64,000 bases of DNA from Synechococcales cyanobacterium VAR_4_metabat_354 (GCA_031414775.1 JANOQI010000042.1:1-64000); one strand, 5' to 3'; shown: positions 41,224 through 50,974, counted from the stretch's first letter. Notes: generated from the sequence alone by a model not told the origin. Program-made: numbers and translations.

Positions 41224-42066
41224 CTAGCCATGCTTGCGCAAAAAGCTCTTGATATCAGTAGTAAAGACATTAAAATTCTGAAAATCTGTATTTTTAGGTT
41301 TTAGTGCCGAAGGATCGATCGCGACGGGCAAGCTCTGAAAATCTGGAACCACTTCTTTGACCAAATCAGTCATCATCAGCCGCAGTCCAATTTGTTGAAC
41401 AGTTAGGATTGGTAAGTCAATCTCCTCGGAAATCTTGGCAATGCTGGTGTAGCCATTCGCTAATTCCCATACCTGTATTTCTTGAGTATCTAGTTTAAAA
41501 GCAGGTAAATCAGACCGTAGCTTTTTTAGAGCTTTGTTTGTTGCTGGTAGCTGATTTGTAAAGGGATTCCAATTTCTTAAAACCCTTAATCCGAGTAGAA
41601 TAGCTTCGGCGGCAGCAATACTCATTCCAGTCATTTCTGACCAGACCAAAGGTGTTTTCTCATCAAAATGAAATTCTCCCTGATCAGTTTTAAACAAGGT
41701 GCAAATTGGTTGAATAATTTGAGCCTGAAATAATAACCTTAATTGTTCAGTGTCTAAAGCATTATTTTCATGTAAATATAATCCTAGGGGCTGCTCTAGC
41801 GAATTTAGTTGACAGTGCTCCGTAAATATATCTGCGGGCGACATTAATTTACGTTTTTTAATCATTCCTAGTAATCCAGTATGTTCTAAATCTCTGGCCA
41901 CTGCCATAATTCGGCCACTTTGGAACCAAACATAGTAAGGAGCTACCGAAATTTCCATTTTGTTATTCACAGCAGTTAATGATAGCAAACCAGTTCTAAA
42001 ACCGCGCTGAATAAATTGAAATATTTTAGCTAATGAATGTTCTGATAAATATCCCTGAAAAGCCAT
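41224..42066 (-). CDS. DUF4388 (PATAN-like) domain protein with C-terminal wHTH, paralog 3
   Basis: GYLSEHSLAKIFQFIQRGFRTGLL, YVWFQSGRIMA, EIQVWELANG. Confidence 0.85.
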   Translation of the reverse strand: MAFQGYLSEHSLAKIFQFIQRGFRTGLLSLTAVNNKMEISVAPYYVWFQSGRIMAVARDLEHTGLLGMIKKRKLMSPADIFTEHCQLNSLEQPLGLYLHENNALDTEQLRLLFQAQIIQPICTLFKTDQGEFHFDEKTPLVWSEMTGMSIAAAEAILLGLRVLRNWNPFTNQLPATNKALKKLRSDLPAFKLDTQEIQVWELANGYTSIAKISEEIDLPILTVQQIGLRLMMTDLVKEVVPDFQSLPVAIDPSALKPKNTDFQNFNVFTTDIKSFLRKHG

Positions 42067-42322
42067 GGAAAAATCCGGTATGGAGCACTATTAAAAATGT
42101 GCCAATTACAACAGACTAATAAAATCAGAGATTTTGAGGTGTTAAATTGGCGATATCTCATTTATACAATAGCTATTCATCTAAATCATTCAGTAAGATT
42201 ACTCATATTTAGAACAGTTGTTTTTCCATCTAAAAAAGCTCAGTAATTACACGAAATATCGCCCTGTCAACACGAGGTTAACAGAGCTATTCACCAGTAT
42301 TAATCACTCGTTATCGCAAATA

Positions 42323-42874
42323 TTAAACTAGTTGGCCGAGAAGTTTTTCAGCCATACACTGCTCTAGTAGAACCGTAATGGCTTCAGCCACTGAATCTTG
42401 TTTATTAGCATCGACTAGCATGATCGGTGGTCGGGGCATATCTGGCAAATAACCCAGTGCTAAGGTCACATTTTCTGGAGACCAAGCACCAGCGCAATCA
42501 TTGTGAGTTACCCCAATCATCATCGGAATTGTCATCCGTTGATTCATGAAGTTCAAAATGCGGCGAGCTTGGTGAAATTCACTGGGTCGATGAGCAGCCA
42601 CCAGCAAAATATAGGCATGAGCCTTGCTAATTAAAATATCCCACATGAAATTAAAGCGGGCCTGACCGGGAGTTCCATAAATATGCAAAGCCATTTCGGG
42701 ACTAAAAGTTAGTTTGCCAAAGTCCATGGAAACAGTAGTATTTTGCTTGATTTCGGTAACTTCATCAGTAGCCTGCCGATCGGTATCTACTACTTCAATT
42801 TCACTGATCGATCGAATAAAAGTAGTTTTACCAGCACCTACACAACCAGTGACAACTAAACGCATAACTTCCAT
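42323..42874 (-). CDS. MglA/CvnD-like small Ras-superfamily GTPase, copy 2
   Basis: G1 GCVGAGKT, G2 TTVSMDFG, G3 YGTPGQARF, G4-like THND. Confidence 0.9.
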   Translation of the reverse strand: MEVMRLVVTGCVGAGKTTFIRSISEIEVVDTDRQATDEVTEIKQNTTVSMDFGKLTFSPEMALHIYGTPGQARFNFMWDILISKAHAYILLVAAHRPSEFHQARRILNFMNQRMTIPMMIGVTHNDCAGAWSPENVTLALGYLPDMPRPPIMLVDANKQDSVAEAITVLLEQCMAEKLLGQLV

Positions 42875-42878
42875 ATTT

Positions 42879-43736
42879 CTATACTCGCTTCTTCAAGAAG
42901 CCCACTAAATTACTCATGAATGACTTAGATAAAGCCGATTTGCTAGCTCCAGTTTTGGTAGGAAGAGCATCTGTAGCGATTGCCAGTTTTGCTGGTGATG
43001 GTAAAACTAGATCTAAGACAATTTCTTTCACCAATCCGACTGCAACCAACCGATAACTAATTTGTTGTACTTTTTCTAATGCTATATTTATTTTCTGTGC
43101 AATTTGAGTAATACTAATGTCAGCATTAGCTAGTTCCCACACCTGAATTTCTTGAGTATCTAGTTTAAAAGAGGGCTTTTCAGGATAGAGTCTTTGTAGA
43201 CCAAAATCGGGAGCAGGCAACTTGTGTTCAATCAAGCTCCAGTCCCGCAAAACTCTTAAACCTAGTAAACTTGCCTCGTTAGCATTCATACTAATTCCGG
43301 TCATTTCAGGATAAGCTAGCGGTGATTGTTCATCAAAAGAAAATTTAGCATCAGTAATTTTAAAGAGTCCGCATACCGGTTGCAAAACTTGCGAATGAAA
43401 CAGTAGGCGGAGTTGTTCAGTATCCAGACCACCCGTAGATTTAAGATACAAACCCAAAGGTTGATTGGTTGATTTCAACTCTTGACGTAAAGCAGCTAAA
43501 TTATCAACATCAACCCATGCGCGCTGAGCAATCATCGAAAGTAATCCTAGCTTGCTTAAGTCTCTGGCATGAGCCGTAAGCCGACCATTTTGGAACCAAA
43601 TATAGCTAGGATTGATGAATGTTTGAACAGAGTCGTTATCTGGATTAATCGATAACAAACCAGTCTTGTAACCTTGCTGAATAAATTGAAATATTTCTGC
43701 TAGTGAGTATTCGGATAGAGATCCTGCAAGAGCCAT
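42879..43736 (-). CDS. DUF4388 (PATAN-like) domain protein, copy 2
   Basis: GSLSEYSLAEIFQFIQQGYKTGLL; wHTH-like C-terminal region. Confidence 0.87.
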   Translation of the reverse strand: MALAGSLSEYSLAEIFQFIQQGYKTGLLSINPDNDSVQTFINPSYIWFQNGRLTAHARDLSKLGLLSMIAQRAWVDVDNLAALRQELKSTNQPLGLYLKSTGGLDTEQLRLLFHSQVLQPVCGLFKITDAKFSFDEQSPLAYPEMTGISMNANEASLLGLRVLRDWSLIEHKLPAPDFGLQRLYPEKPSFKLDTQEIQVWELANADISITQIAQKINIALEKVQQISYRLVAVGLVKEIVLDLVLPSPAKLAIATDALPTKTGASKSALSKSFMSNLVGFLKKRV

Positions 43737-43890
43737 GATGGTCTCCAGTGAAGAAAATAATTAATAATAGTTAAAGAACAATAGATATTTATCTACAAAG
43801 ACTAAATGAAGAGTTATTTGAAACAATATAAAGAACCAATTCCTGTATTTTGTCAATTATAGGAACTGGCTCTTATTAAGCCCCAATAGA

Positions 43891-44253
43891 CTAGTTTAAT
43901 TCTGCTTTGATCGCTACAACAGCTTTTTTGATATCGAGCATTAATAGACCTTGTTTAGCCGATTGACTAGCCAAAACTAGCAATACAGCGTCTACGCCAC
44001 AACCAGTCAAAATACCGTAGCCAGTGTCGCCTTCTACCATGATGCGATCGACAGTGCCCCGGGATAGCTCTATCCCAATTCGCTCACCCAAGGAGAGCAT
44101 CGCTGCCGACATCGCCGAAGTCCGATCTTCGTCCATACCAGTAGGCAGAGAAGAGGCCAAAGGTAATCCATCTGGGGACACTAAGGCAGCACCTTGAACA
44201 TCGGATGTGCCCGAGACGAATTCTTGTAAAATAGTTCCAATTTTTCCGGACAT
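43891..44253 (-). CDS. Roadblock/LC7 (MglB-like) protein, copy 2
   Basis: VQGAALVSPDGLPLAS, SAMSAAMLSLGER; GAGG SD. Confidence 0.93.
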   Translation of the reverse strand: MSGKIGTILQEFVSGTSDVQGAALVSPDGLPLASSLPTGMDEDRTSAMSAAMLSLGERIGIELSRGTVDRIMVEGDTGYGILTGCGVDAVLLVLASQSAKQGLLMLDIKKAVVAIKAELN

Positions 44254-44306
44254 GATTTCCTCAATTTAGGTAGTTAGTTTTTTAGTGAAAGTAGTCGTTA
44301 GTGAAG

Positions 44307-44777
44307 TTAGCCTAAAGCTTTGAATTCAAATATGTCATAAGCACTGCCGCGCAAAACAGACTCAGTGTGAGAACCTTGCAAGCGATGACCAGTTACTGCT
44401 TCTAAAGCTCCCCAAACGGCACCCAAGGTGAAGGTACATTTGCGGCTAGAACCCATTTCTTCCCCAGCCGAACAAACAGTTTCAGTGCAATAAACTTTGA
44501 TATTGTCGCCGTCTTGCTCAGCCTTATTAATAGCAGTCAAACGAGTACCGTTTTGGCCAACAGCAGCATCCAATTTAGCGGCAATCTCAGCGATCGGCAG
44601 ATTGGAACCAGCTAAACCGAGGCTCGTAGCTAAAGCCTTGCCCCGAGCGCGGCCAGCCGCAATCAAAGAGATCGCAGTAGCTTTTTCACCGAGAGCATCT
44701 TCCATACCAGTAATTACAGACTTGAAGCAAACAATGCTGCTGAAGTCGCCAAGATTTTCGCGAATAGCGATAGGCAT
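44307..44777 (-). CDS. V4R-like ligand-binding domain protein
   Basis: Helical N-half (AGRARGK) then ETVCS...CTFTLGAVWGALE...HTES...DIFEF, a V4R pattern. Confidence 0.75.
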   Translation of the reverse strand: MPIAIRENLGDFSSIVCFKSVITGMEDALGEKATAISLIAAGRARGKALATSLGLAGSNLPIAEIAAKLDAAVGQNGTRLTAINKAEQDGDNIKVYCTETVCSAGEEMGSSRKCTFTLGAVWGALEAVTGHRLQGSHTESVLRGSAYDIFEFKALG

Positions 44778-45118
44778 AATTGATTTTCCTTGATTTATAA
44801 ATCGGGGTTGGTAGTCAGAGCTGATTCGTTAGCACTGGAGACCGATAAAATTTTTGCAAACGGCTCTCTGTAATTGATATCAGCGTTGCTACTCCTCATT
44901 TATACGATACGTCTACCAGTGATAAATCCGTGAGACCACCAATGTTTGAGGTGGGAATATTCAGATCACCGCAAAATTCAGTAATTACACGTATTAAGGC
45001 ACTTGAACCAGATTATTGATAGTAGTAGATTAGTTGAAATCCTGAAAAGCTCGGTAATCATTACGCGCGATTACCTAGAAGGCGATATTTAGAGTGAATA
45101 AGTGCATAGCAAAAACAA

Positions 45119-45667
45119 CTACATGGTAGCCACTGATTCTTCTGGCATACACTGCTCTAACAACACCATCACTGCCGCAGCCACGGATTCTTGTTCATTA
45201 GCATCTACTTGCACGATCGGTGGTCGATACATATCTGGCAAATAGCCTAGGGCTAATGCGACATTTTCTGGAGTCCAAGCACCATCACAATCATTATGAG
45301 TCATTCCGATGATCATCGGAATGGCCATCCGTTGATTCATAAAGTTCAAAATGCGGCGAGCTTGGTGAAACTCACTGGGACGGTGAGCAGCAACTAGCAA
45401 AATATAGGCATGAGCCTTGCTAATTAAAATATCCCACATGAAATTAAAACGTGCTTGACCGGGAGTCCCATAGATGTGCAAAGACATTTCGGGGCTAAAA
45501 GTTAGTTTGCCAAAGTCCATGGAAACAGTAGTCGTTTGTTTCATATCAGCAACTTCGTCAGTAGCTTGTCGATCGGTGTTTACTACTTCAATTTCACTGA
45601 TCGATCGAATAAAAGTAGTTTTACCAGCACCCACGCAACCAGTGACCACCAAACGCATAATTTCCAT
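45119..45667 (-). CDS. MglA/CvnD-like small GTPase, copy 1
   Basis: Same G motifs; close paralog of 42323..42874. Confidence 0.9.
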   Translation of the reverse strand: MEIMRLVVTGCVGAGKTTFIRSISEIEVVNTDRQATDEVADMKQTTTVSMDFGKLTFSPEMSLHIYGTPGQARFNFMWDILISKAHAYILLVAAHRPSEFHQARRILNFMNQRMAIPMIIGMTHNDCDGAWTPENVALALGYLPDMYRPPIVQVDANEQESVAAAVMVLLEQCMPEESVATM

Positions 45668-45671
45668 ATTT

Positions 45672-46526
45672 CTATACTTTCTTCTTTAAGAAGCTCATTA
45701 AATTACTCATGAATGACTTAGACAAAGCTGGTTTGCTAACTTCGTTTCTAGCTAGGGATTGATCGGCAGGCGCGCTCTTTTTTAATACTGGCGGAGCCAG
45801 TTCTAGAGCAATTTCTTTGACTAAGCCCACTGCGGCTAGCCGATAACTAATTTGTTGCACTGTGGTTAGGGCTAGCTCCGTTTTTTTAGCAATTTGAGCA
45901 AGGCTAATATTACCACTGGCTAATTCCCAAACCTGCATTTCTTGCGTATCGAGTTTAAGAGCTGTTAATTCAGGGGAAAGTTTTTTCAGGCCAAAGTCAG
46001 CAGTTGGTAGCTTATCTGCCAGCAAGCTCCAGTCGCGCAACACTCTTAAACCTAGCAAACTCGCTTCCCCCGCCGTCATACTCAGCCCCGTCATTTCTGA
46101 ATAGGCGAGGGGCAGCTTTTCATCGAAAGCAAACCGGGCATTGGCTAACTTGAAAAGTCCGCATACTGGCTGCAAAACCTGCGAACGAAACAACATCCGT
46201 AGTTGCTCGGTGTCTAGAATCCCTCTAGACTTAAGATACAAACCTAGCGGCTCATTCATTATTTCAAATTTTTGCTGTAGATAAGATAAATCTTTATCCA
46301 CTGCCCAGCCCCGTTGATCAATCATCATTAGCAGTCCTAGGTGGCTTCGGTCTCGGGCATGAGATACAATCCGCCCATTGCGAAACCAAATATAGCTAGG
46401 AAATATGTTTGATTGAATAGAATAATGATCAGGTTCAATTAATAACAAACCGGTTTTATATCCTTGCTGAACAAATTGAAATATTTCTACTAGTGAGTAT
46501 TCAGACAGAGATCCGGTAAGAGCCAT
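45672..46526 (-). CDS. DUF4388 (PATAN-like) domain protein, copy 1
   Basis: Start placed at ATG 46526 (MALTGSLSEYS) by homology with the paralog and a shared GGAG SD context. Confidence 0.87.
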   Translation of the reverse strand: MALTGSLSEYSLVEIFQFVQQGYKTGLLLIEPDHYSIQSNIFPSYIWFRNGRIVSHARDRSHLGLLMMIDQRGWAVDKDLSYLQQKFEIMNEPLGLYLKSRGILDTEQLRMLFRSQVLQPVCGLFKLANARFAFDEKLPLAYSEMTGLSMTAGEASLLGLRVLRDWSLLADKLPTADFGLKKLSPELTALKLDTQEMQVWELASGNISLAQIAKKTELALTTVQQISYRLAAVGLVKEIALELAPPVLKKSAPADQSLARNEVSKPALSKSFMSNLMSFLKKKV

Positions 46527-46691
46527 GATGGTCTCCAGTAAAGAAAAAATTAAAAGTAGATATGGTAGAGAAAATAAAAGATGCCTGATTGAAAAGAATA
46601 TATGGAGAGCCGCTAGCAACAACAGAAGAACTAGTTCCCGTATTTTATGAACAGTAGGAAACAGTTCTAGTTCTCCTTCAACTACACTAAC

Positions 46692-47048
46692 TCAACTCAA
46701 CTCTGCTTTGATGGCAATGACAGCTTTTTTGATATCTAGCATCAATAAACCTTGCTTAGCAGCTTTGCTGGCCAAAACGAGAAACATTGCATCTTCGCCA
46801 CAGCCGATCAAAATGCCATAACCAGTATCGCCTTCTACCATGATGCGATCGACATTACCGCGAGCTAGTTCTTTACCAATGCGTTCACCCAAGGACAGCA
46901 TCGCTGCCGACATCGCCGAAGTGCGGTCTTCATCCATACCCACCGGCAAAGAAGAAGCCAAAGGTAATCCATCTGGAGATACTAAAGCTGCACCTTGGAC
47001 ATCAGCAGTACCCGAAACGAATTCTTGTAAAATGTTTCCAATTGACAT
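46692..47048 (-). CDS. Roadblock/LC7 (MglB-like) protein, copy 1
   Basis: Close paralog of 43891..44253. Confidence 0.93.
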   Translation of the reverse strand: MSIGNILQEFVSGTADVQGAALVSPDGLPLASSLPVGMDEDRTSAMSAAMLSLGERIGKELARGNVDRIMVEGDTGYGILIGCGEDAMFLVLASKAAKQGLLMLDIKKAVIAIKAELS

Positions 47049-47102
47049 GATTTCCTCAATTTAGTTGTTTTGTGTTGATGGTGATTGATTTACATGATTA
47101 GC

Positions 47103-47135
47103 ACCAGCCAAACCGAAGCTCTTAGCTAAGGACTT
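47103..47135 (-). pseudogene. Remnant of a deleted V4R gene paralog
   Basis: 28/33 nt identical to 44607-44639; encodes KSLAKSFGLAG versus KALATSLGLAG; same position upstream of the Roadblock gene. Confidence 0.7.
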
Positions 47136-47248
47136 AGGTAATTTGGATTTCAGAATATTTATACATAAAGCTCCCAATGTATAATAATATCAGCATCACT
47201 ACCATCCATTTGATTAGCTAAGACAACAAAAAATCATTAGTATTGCAT

Positions 47249-47674
47249 TTATTGATTGCAAAAAAGTAGTTCGATCGGCAAGTTATCGGGATCGGTAATA
47301 AAAGCTACTTCGTACGTCTTGTTGCCAATTTGTTGCTGATGCGGGGCGAGTAAGATTTGGGGTTCGATCGAGAATTCTTGTTGTTCCGATAGTCGTGATT
47401 TCCAGTTGACTAGCCAGCTAGTAAGATTAGCAGCTTGATTTGTGATGTCTAAGGCTAGATGGTAGTAGCCCACATAATGTTCATTATGAAAAGAATCTGG
47501 GGCCGGGTGAGGTTCAGGAATCTGAATCAGTTCCAGGCGGGACTGCTGACCCGTGAGCCAACAGGCCAAGGTATAGCCTGTGGTGAACCGCTCACTGATC
47601 TCAAAGCCGAGAGAGGAGTAGAAAGTGATCGATCGATGAATATTGGCCGTCCGAATAGAAATATGGTGTAACAT
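47249..47674 (-). CDS. VOC/glyoxalase family protein
   Basis: MLHHISIRT, YYHLAL, FITDPDNLPIEL. Confidence 0.88.
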   Translation of the reverse strand: MLHHISIRTANIHRSITFYSSLGFEISERFTTGYTLACWLTGQQSRLELIQIPEPHPAPDSFHNEHYVGYYHLALDITNQAANLTSWLVNWKSRLSEQQEFSIEPQILLAPHQQQIGNKTYEVAFITDPDNLPIELLFCNQ

Positions 47675-47691
47675 TGCTCTCCAACCTCGGT

Positions 47692-48189
47692 CTAAATCCG
47701 AAAATAAGGATATTGAAGAGGAATACCTGGCTTGGCATCTAAATCGAAATTGATTACTGCCCAACAAGGTTCATCAGCAGCCTCTGGACTAAAAAACACC
47801 GGCAGATTATACAGCAGCGGCAAATTAGATTCACTGATCAGCCCAGGCATTCCTTTCTCCAAATAGCTGCTAATTAACTCCTGATAGCGATGAGCAATAA
47901 TCACCCGGGTTGCTTGGTAGCCCTTGATATAGAGCTTATCGAGAGCATCATGAATCTCGAAACGGATGCCATCAGGATGAGTATGCTGCCGGTACCACTC
48001 ACTTTCCCATAGCTGCCAATGGCGGCCAGATTGGAGGTGGATGATTTCACGAGTATCGGGATCAGACTCAAAAGCCCCATGCCGAGGGCACAGGTAAGTG
48101 TCAGTCAGAGTCAAGGCTGGAATGACTTGGTGACAGTGAGGACAGGTGATTTCCGCCCCGAATATTGGATATTGGAAGGCTAAATTCAT
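47692..48189 (-). CDS. TIGR02652-family cyanobacterial protein
   Basis: YPIFGAEITCPHC, YLCPRHG, WYRQHTHPDGIRFEIH. Confidence 0.8.
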   Translation of the reverse strand: MNLAFQYPIFGAEITCPHCHQVIPALTLTDTYLCPRHGAFESDPDTREIIHLQSGRHWQLWESEWYRQHTHPDGIRFEIHDALDKLYIKGYQATRVIIAHRYQELISSYLEKGMPGLISESNLPLLYNLPVFFSPEAADEPCWAVINFDLDAKPGIPLQYPYFRI

Positions 48190-48693
48190 ATGAGATAATC
48201 AGTCAGATGGCTAATAGTAAGAACCCAATTTACTCCTAAAATGTTCTCTTGATGCCACTATCCTACACCCATTAATTCAGTCTAGAGCAGGAGTTAGTAC
48301 TTAATCATTATCTGCCACTTACTAAAATCTAACATGCTATCTTTTACAATTTTTTGGGCATCTTGAGCATAGTCGAGGAATATAACTTCACCGACTCGTC
48401 CTCAATTTGCGATGGGTTCTGGCTCTACCACCTCCATCAATTACTGATGTGCAGGGTAAAGGCGATAGCTTTGCTTCTTCTTTACGCACCAAGCTCTGAT
48501 TTTATCGCAGCGTAGCAGGAGGCGATAGTCTCCAAAAGTTAAATATTTTTATAGTTGCCATAAAATGATTTTACAAAAATAGTTGTTATGTTAGTTCTGT
48601 AATTTTAGTCAGGGTCAGAAAAAATTCAGTTGATCTTGCTGCCTAGTCAGCAAATGTCCTGATCGTCATTATCAGTATTTTAGGAGTAGAACA

Positions 48694-49701
48694 ATGGACG
48701 ATAACAAACAGCAAATAGTTCACTATTTTATTGAGGAAGCCCAAGAACATTTGGATGTTGTGGAACAGGGTTTGCTAGATTTGGGCGAAGTTATTAAAGA
48801 TGCCGATCGAGTCAATGAAATGTTTCGGGCCGCGCACTCCGTCAAAGGCGGTGCCGCCATGCTGGGCTTTGAGAGTATCCAAAAAACTGCTCACGAACTA
48901 GAAGACTGCTTTAAGGTGATGCGTGATCACTCAGTACCTGTCGATCAGCAATTAGAAACTATGTTCCTGAAAGGCTACGATACCTTAAAAGAGTTAGTCG
49001 GTGAGCTGGCCAATTCACCCACTCTCACCCTCCGCCCCGAAATCGTTGATCCCATTGTGCAGGGTTCCCGCGCCAACTTTATTGAACTCAAAGAGTATTT
49101 GAACGACTTACTGAGTATGGCTACAGTTAGTCCTGATTCTATGCCAGCCTTCCAACCAGCGGCGGCTGTTGCTACGGTTGTCAGTAGTGCTCCCACCGCT
49201 GTCATCGCTCCACCTGTCAACATCACAGCGAAGGTCATGGAAAATCTCCGCGCGATGTTGGGAGCTTTTAAACAGGGTGAAGCCAATGCTCCCCGCCACC
49301 AAATTTGTAGCTACAGCCAAAATTTATCGGCTTTTGGTCAAGATACAGCTAGCTGGCAAAATGTTTTAAGGATTGCCAATCAAGCTATCAACAATGCGAC
49401 CAACACTTATGAATCACTAGCTCCAGTCGTCATCAAAGACCTCAAACTGGCTGGCGATTTGTTGGCTGTCGGGCGAGGATCTGAAATATTGCCAAGTCCG
49501 GCACTTCAAGAATTAGCTTTGGCCTCAGCGCCAGTCGTAAAAACAGTCGTGCCCTCTCCACCAGCGGCACCAGCTCAAATCTCGATTCCTTTAGATTCAC
49601 GGGCGGCTGCTCAAGCAATTCTCCGCAGCTTCAACCGTCAGCAAGTCACTGAATTGGTTGTGCTATTACACCGTGCTATTAATATTCCTAAGCAAAACTA
49701 G
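48694..49701 (+). CDS. Stand-alone Hpt (CheA P1-like) domain protein
   Basis: [26 protein letters not shown]; no kinase domain follows. Confidence 0.88.
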   Translation: MDDNKQQIVHYFIEEAQEHLDVVEQGLLDLGEVIKDADRVNEMFRAAHSVKGGAAMLGFESIQKTAHELEDCFKVMRDHSVPVDQQLETMFLKGYDTLKELVGELANSPTLTLRPEIVDPIVQGSRANFIELKEYLNDLLSMATVSPDSMPAFQPAAAVATVVSSAPTAVIAPPVNITAKVMENLRAMLGAFKQGEANAPRHQICSYSQNLSAFGQDTASWQNVLRIANQAINNATNTYESLAPVVIKDLKLAGDLLAVGRGSEILPSPALQELALASAPVVKTVVPSPPAAPAQISIPLDSRAAAQAILRSFNRQQVTELVVLLHRAINIPKQN

Positions 49702-50458
49702 AGGAACTAGGTGGAACATCTTGCCACCGACCAGGCCCAACTGCTTGCAAAGCATCAGTGAGAGTTATGGCACTGGTATAAAGGGCTTTGCCTACAATTA
49801 CTCCCGTGACTCCATCCGATTCAAGTACCAACAAGTTTAGTAAATCACGTAGACAGCCTACTCCTCCAGAAGCAATGACTGGCACGGTAGTGCTGGCTGC
49901 TACGGCTTTTAGCGCCTCTAGGTTTGGTCCGATCAATGTACCATCCCGCTGGATATCTGTATAAATGATTGCTGCTGCGCCCCAATCTGCCATTTGTTGT
50001 GCCAGGTCAGTGGCGGCAATTTTGGAAGTTTCTAGCCATCCTCTGGTGGCTATTTGGCCATCCCGCGCATCCATGCCGATCACAATTTGACCGGGATATT
50101 GCTGGCAGAGTTCTTGTACTAATTGGGGCTGTTCGATCGCAATGGTGCCCACAATCGCACGTTCTACTCCCAAATCTAGTAATGCCTTGATCGCGTCGCC
50201 ATGCCGTAGACCACCACCCACTTGGATGCTCATCTGGCTGACGGCTCTGACAATTTGGCTAATCACTGCCAAGTTCTCCGGCTGACCCGATTTAGCCCCG
50301 TCTAGATCGACTAGATGTAGTTTGGTCGCACCTTGTTCTTGCCATTTTTGAGCAACGGCTACCGGATTCTCATCGAAGATTTGAGACTGGTCATAGTCAC
50401 CTTGATAGAGCCGAACACAGTTACCACCGAGGAGATCGATCGCTGGAAAAATATCCAT
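49688..50458 (-). CDS. hisA: ProFAR isomerase HisA
   Basis: [34 protein letters not shown]. Confidence 0.97.
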   Translation of the reverse strand: MDIFPAIDLLGGNCVRLYQGDYDQSQIFDENPVAVAQKWQEQGATKLHLVDLDGAKSGQPENLAVISQIVRAVSQMSIQVGGGLRHGDAIKALLDLGVERAIVGTIAIEQPQLVQELCQQYPGQIVIGMDARDGQIATRGWLETSKIAATDLAQQMADWGAAAIIYTDIQRDGTLIGPNLEALKAVAASTTVPVIASGGVGCLRDLLNLLVLESDGVTGVIVGKALYTSAITLTDALQAVGPGRWQDVPPSSSSFA

Positions 50459-50512
50459 AGCATCAGGGGAGAAATTACCTTGCTATTTTATGCTTAATGA
50501 GTCTGTGGATTT

Positions 50513-50974
50513 TCACTTTTTGGAATCACTGCTAGCTTCTTTCAGTAAACGATTGATATGACGAGCACTCACCGCAATACCTAGTTCGGACTCCAGATGT
50601 TTCCGTAATAATTCACCGGTCCAGTGAGGAAAGTCATAGCCAAACTGCTGAGGAGCAGTAGCCGCAACCTCTATTAATCGCTGTAGATATTGGTTGTTGA
50701 CAGTTTTAGGTCTGCCGATCGGCTGCTCTTGCCAAAGATGAGATTGGTTGGTTTTCAGCATCATCATCCAATGTCTAGCTGTTAGTGGTGAGCAACCAAT
50801 TAGACGACAGATTTGAGTTTGAGTATGCCCCAGATCTGCTAACAGCATAATGTCAATCCGCTGCCGGTATTCTGGAGATAAGCTTTCCTCTAAGCTTTCT
50901 TCTAATAGCTGACGTTGGAGAGTATTTAGATACTGACTTGGTGGTGGGGTGGAAAGCTGCTGTTTGATTGTCAT
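50513..50974 (-). CDS. HTH/winged-HTH protein resembling an IS630 transposase N-terminus
   Basis: RQRIDIMLLA, GRPK, WTGELLRKHL, SARHINRLLK; no DDE domain. Confidence 0.75.
   Translation of the reverse strand: MTIKQQLSTPPPSQYLNTLQRQLLEESLEESLSPEYRQRIDIMLLADLGHTQTQICRLIGCSPLTARHWMMMLKTNQSHLWQEQPIGRPKTVNNQYLQRLIEVAATAPQQFGYDFPHWTGELLRKHLESELGIAVSARHINRLLKEASSDSKK

Noticed and set aside
46527..46622. Hydrophobic N-terminal extension of the 316-aa ORF
   Set aside because: Paralog comparison and SD place the start at 46526; the extension is intergenic AT-rich sequence
38603..47250. tRNA-Ser as integration site for the GTPase cluster
   Set aside because: No integrase and no duplicated tRNA 3' end seen; a core gene (ccmP) lies between
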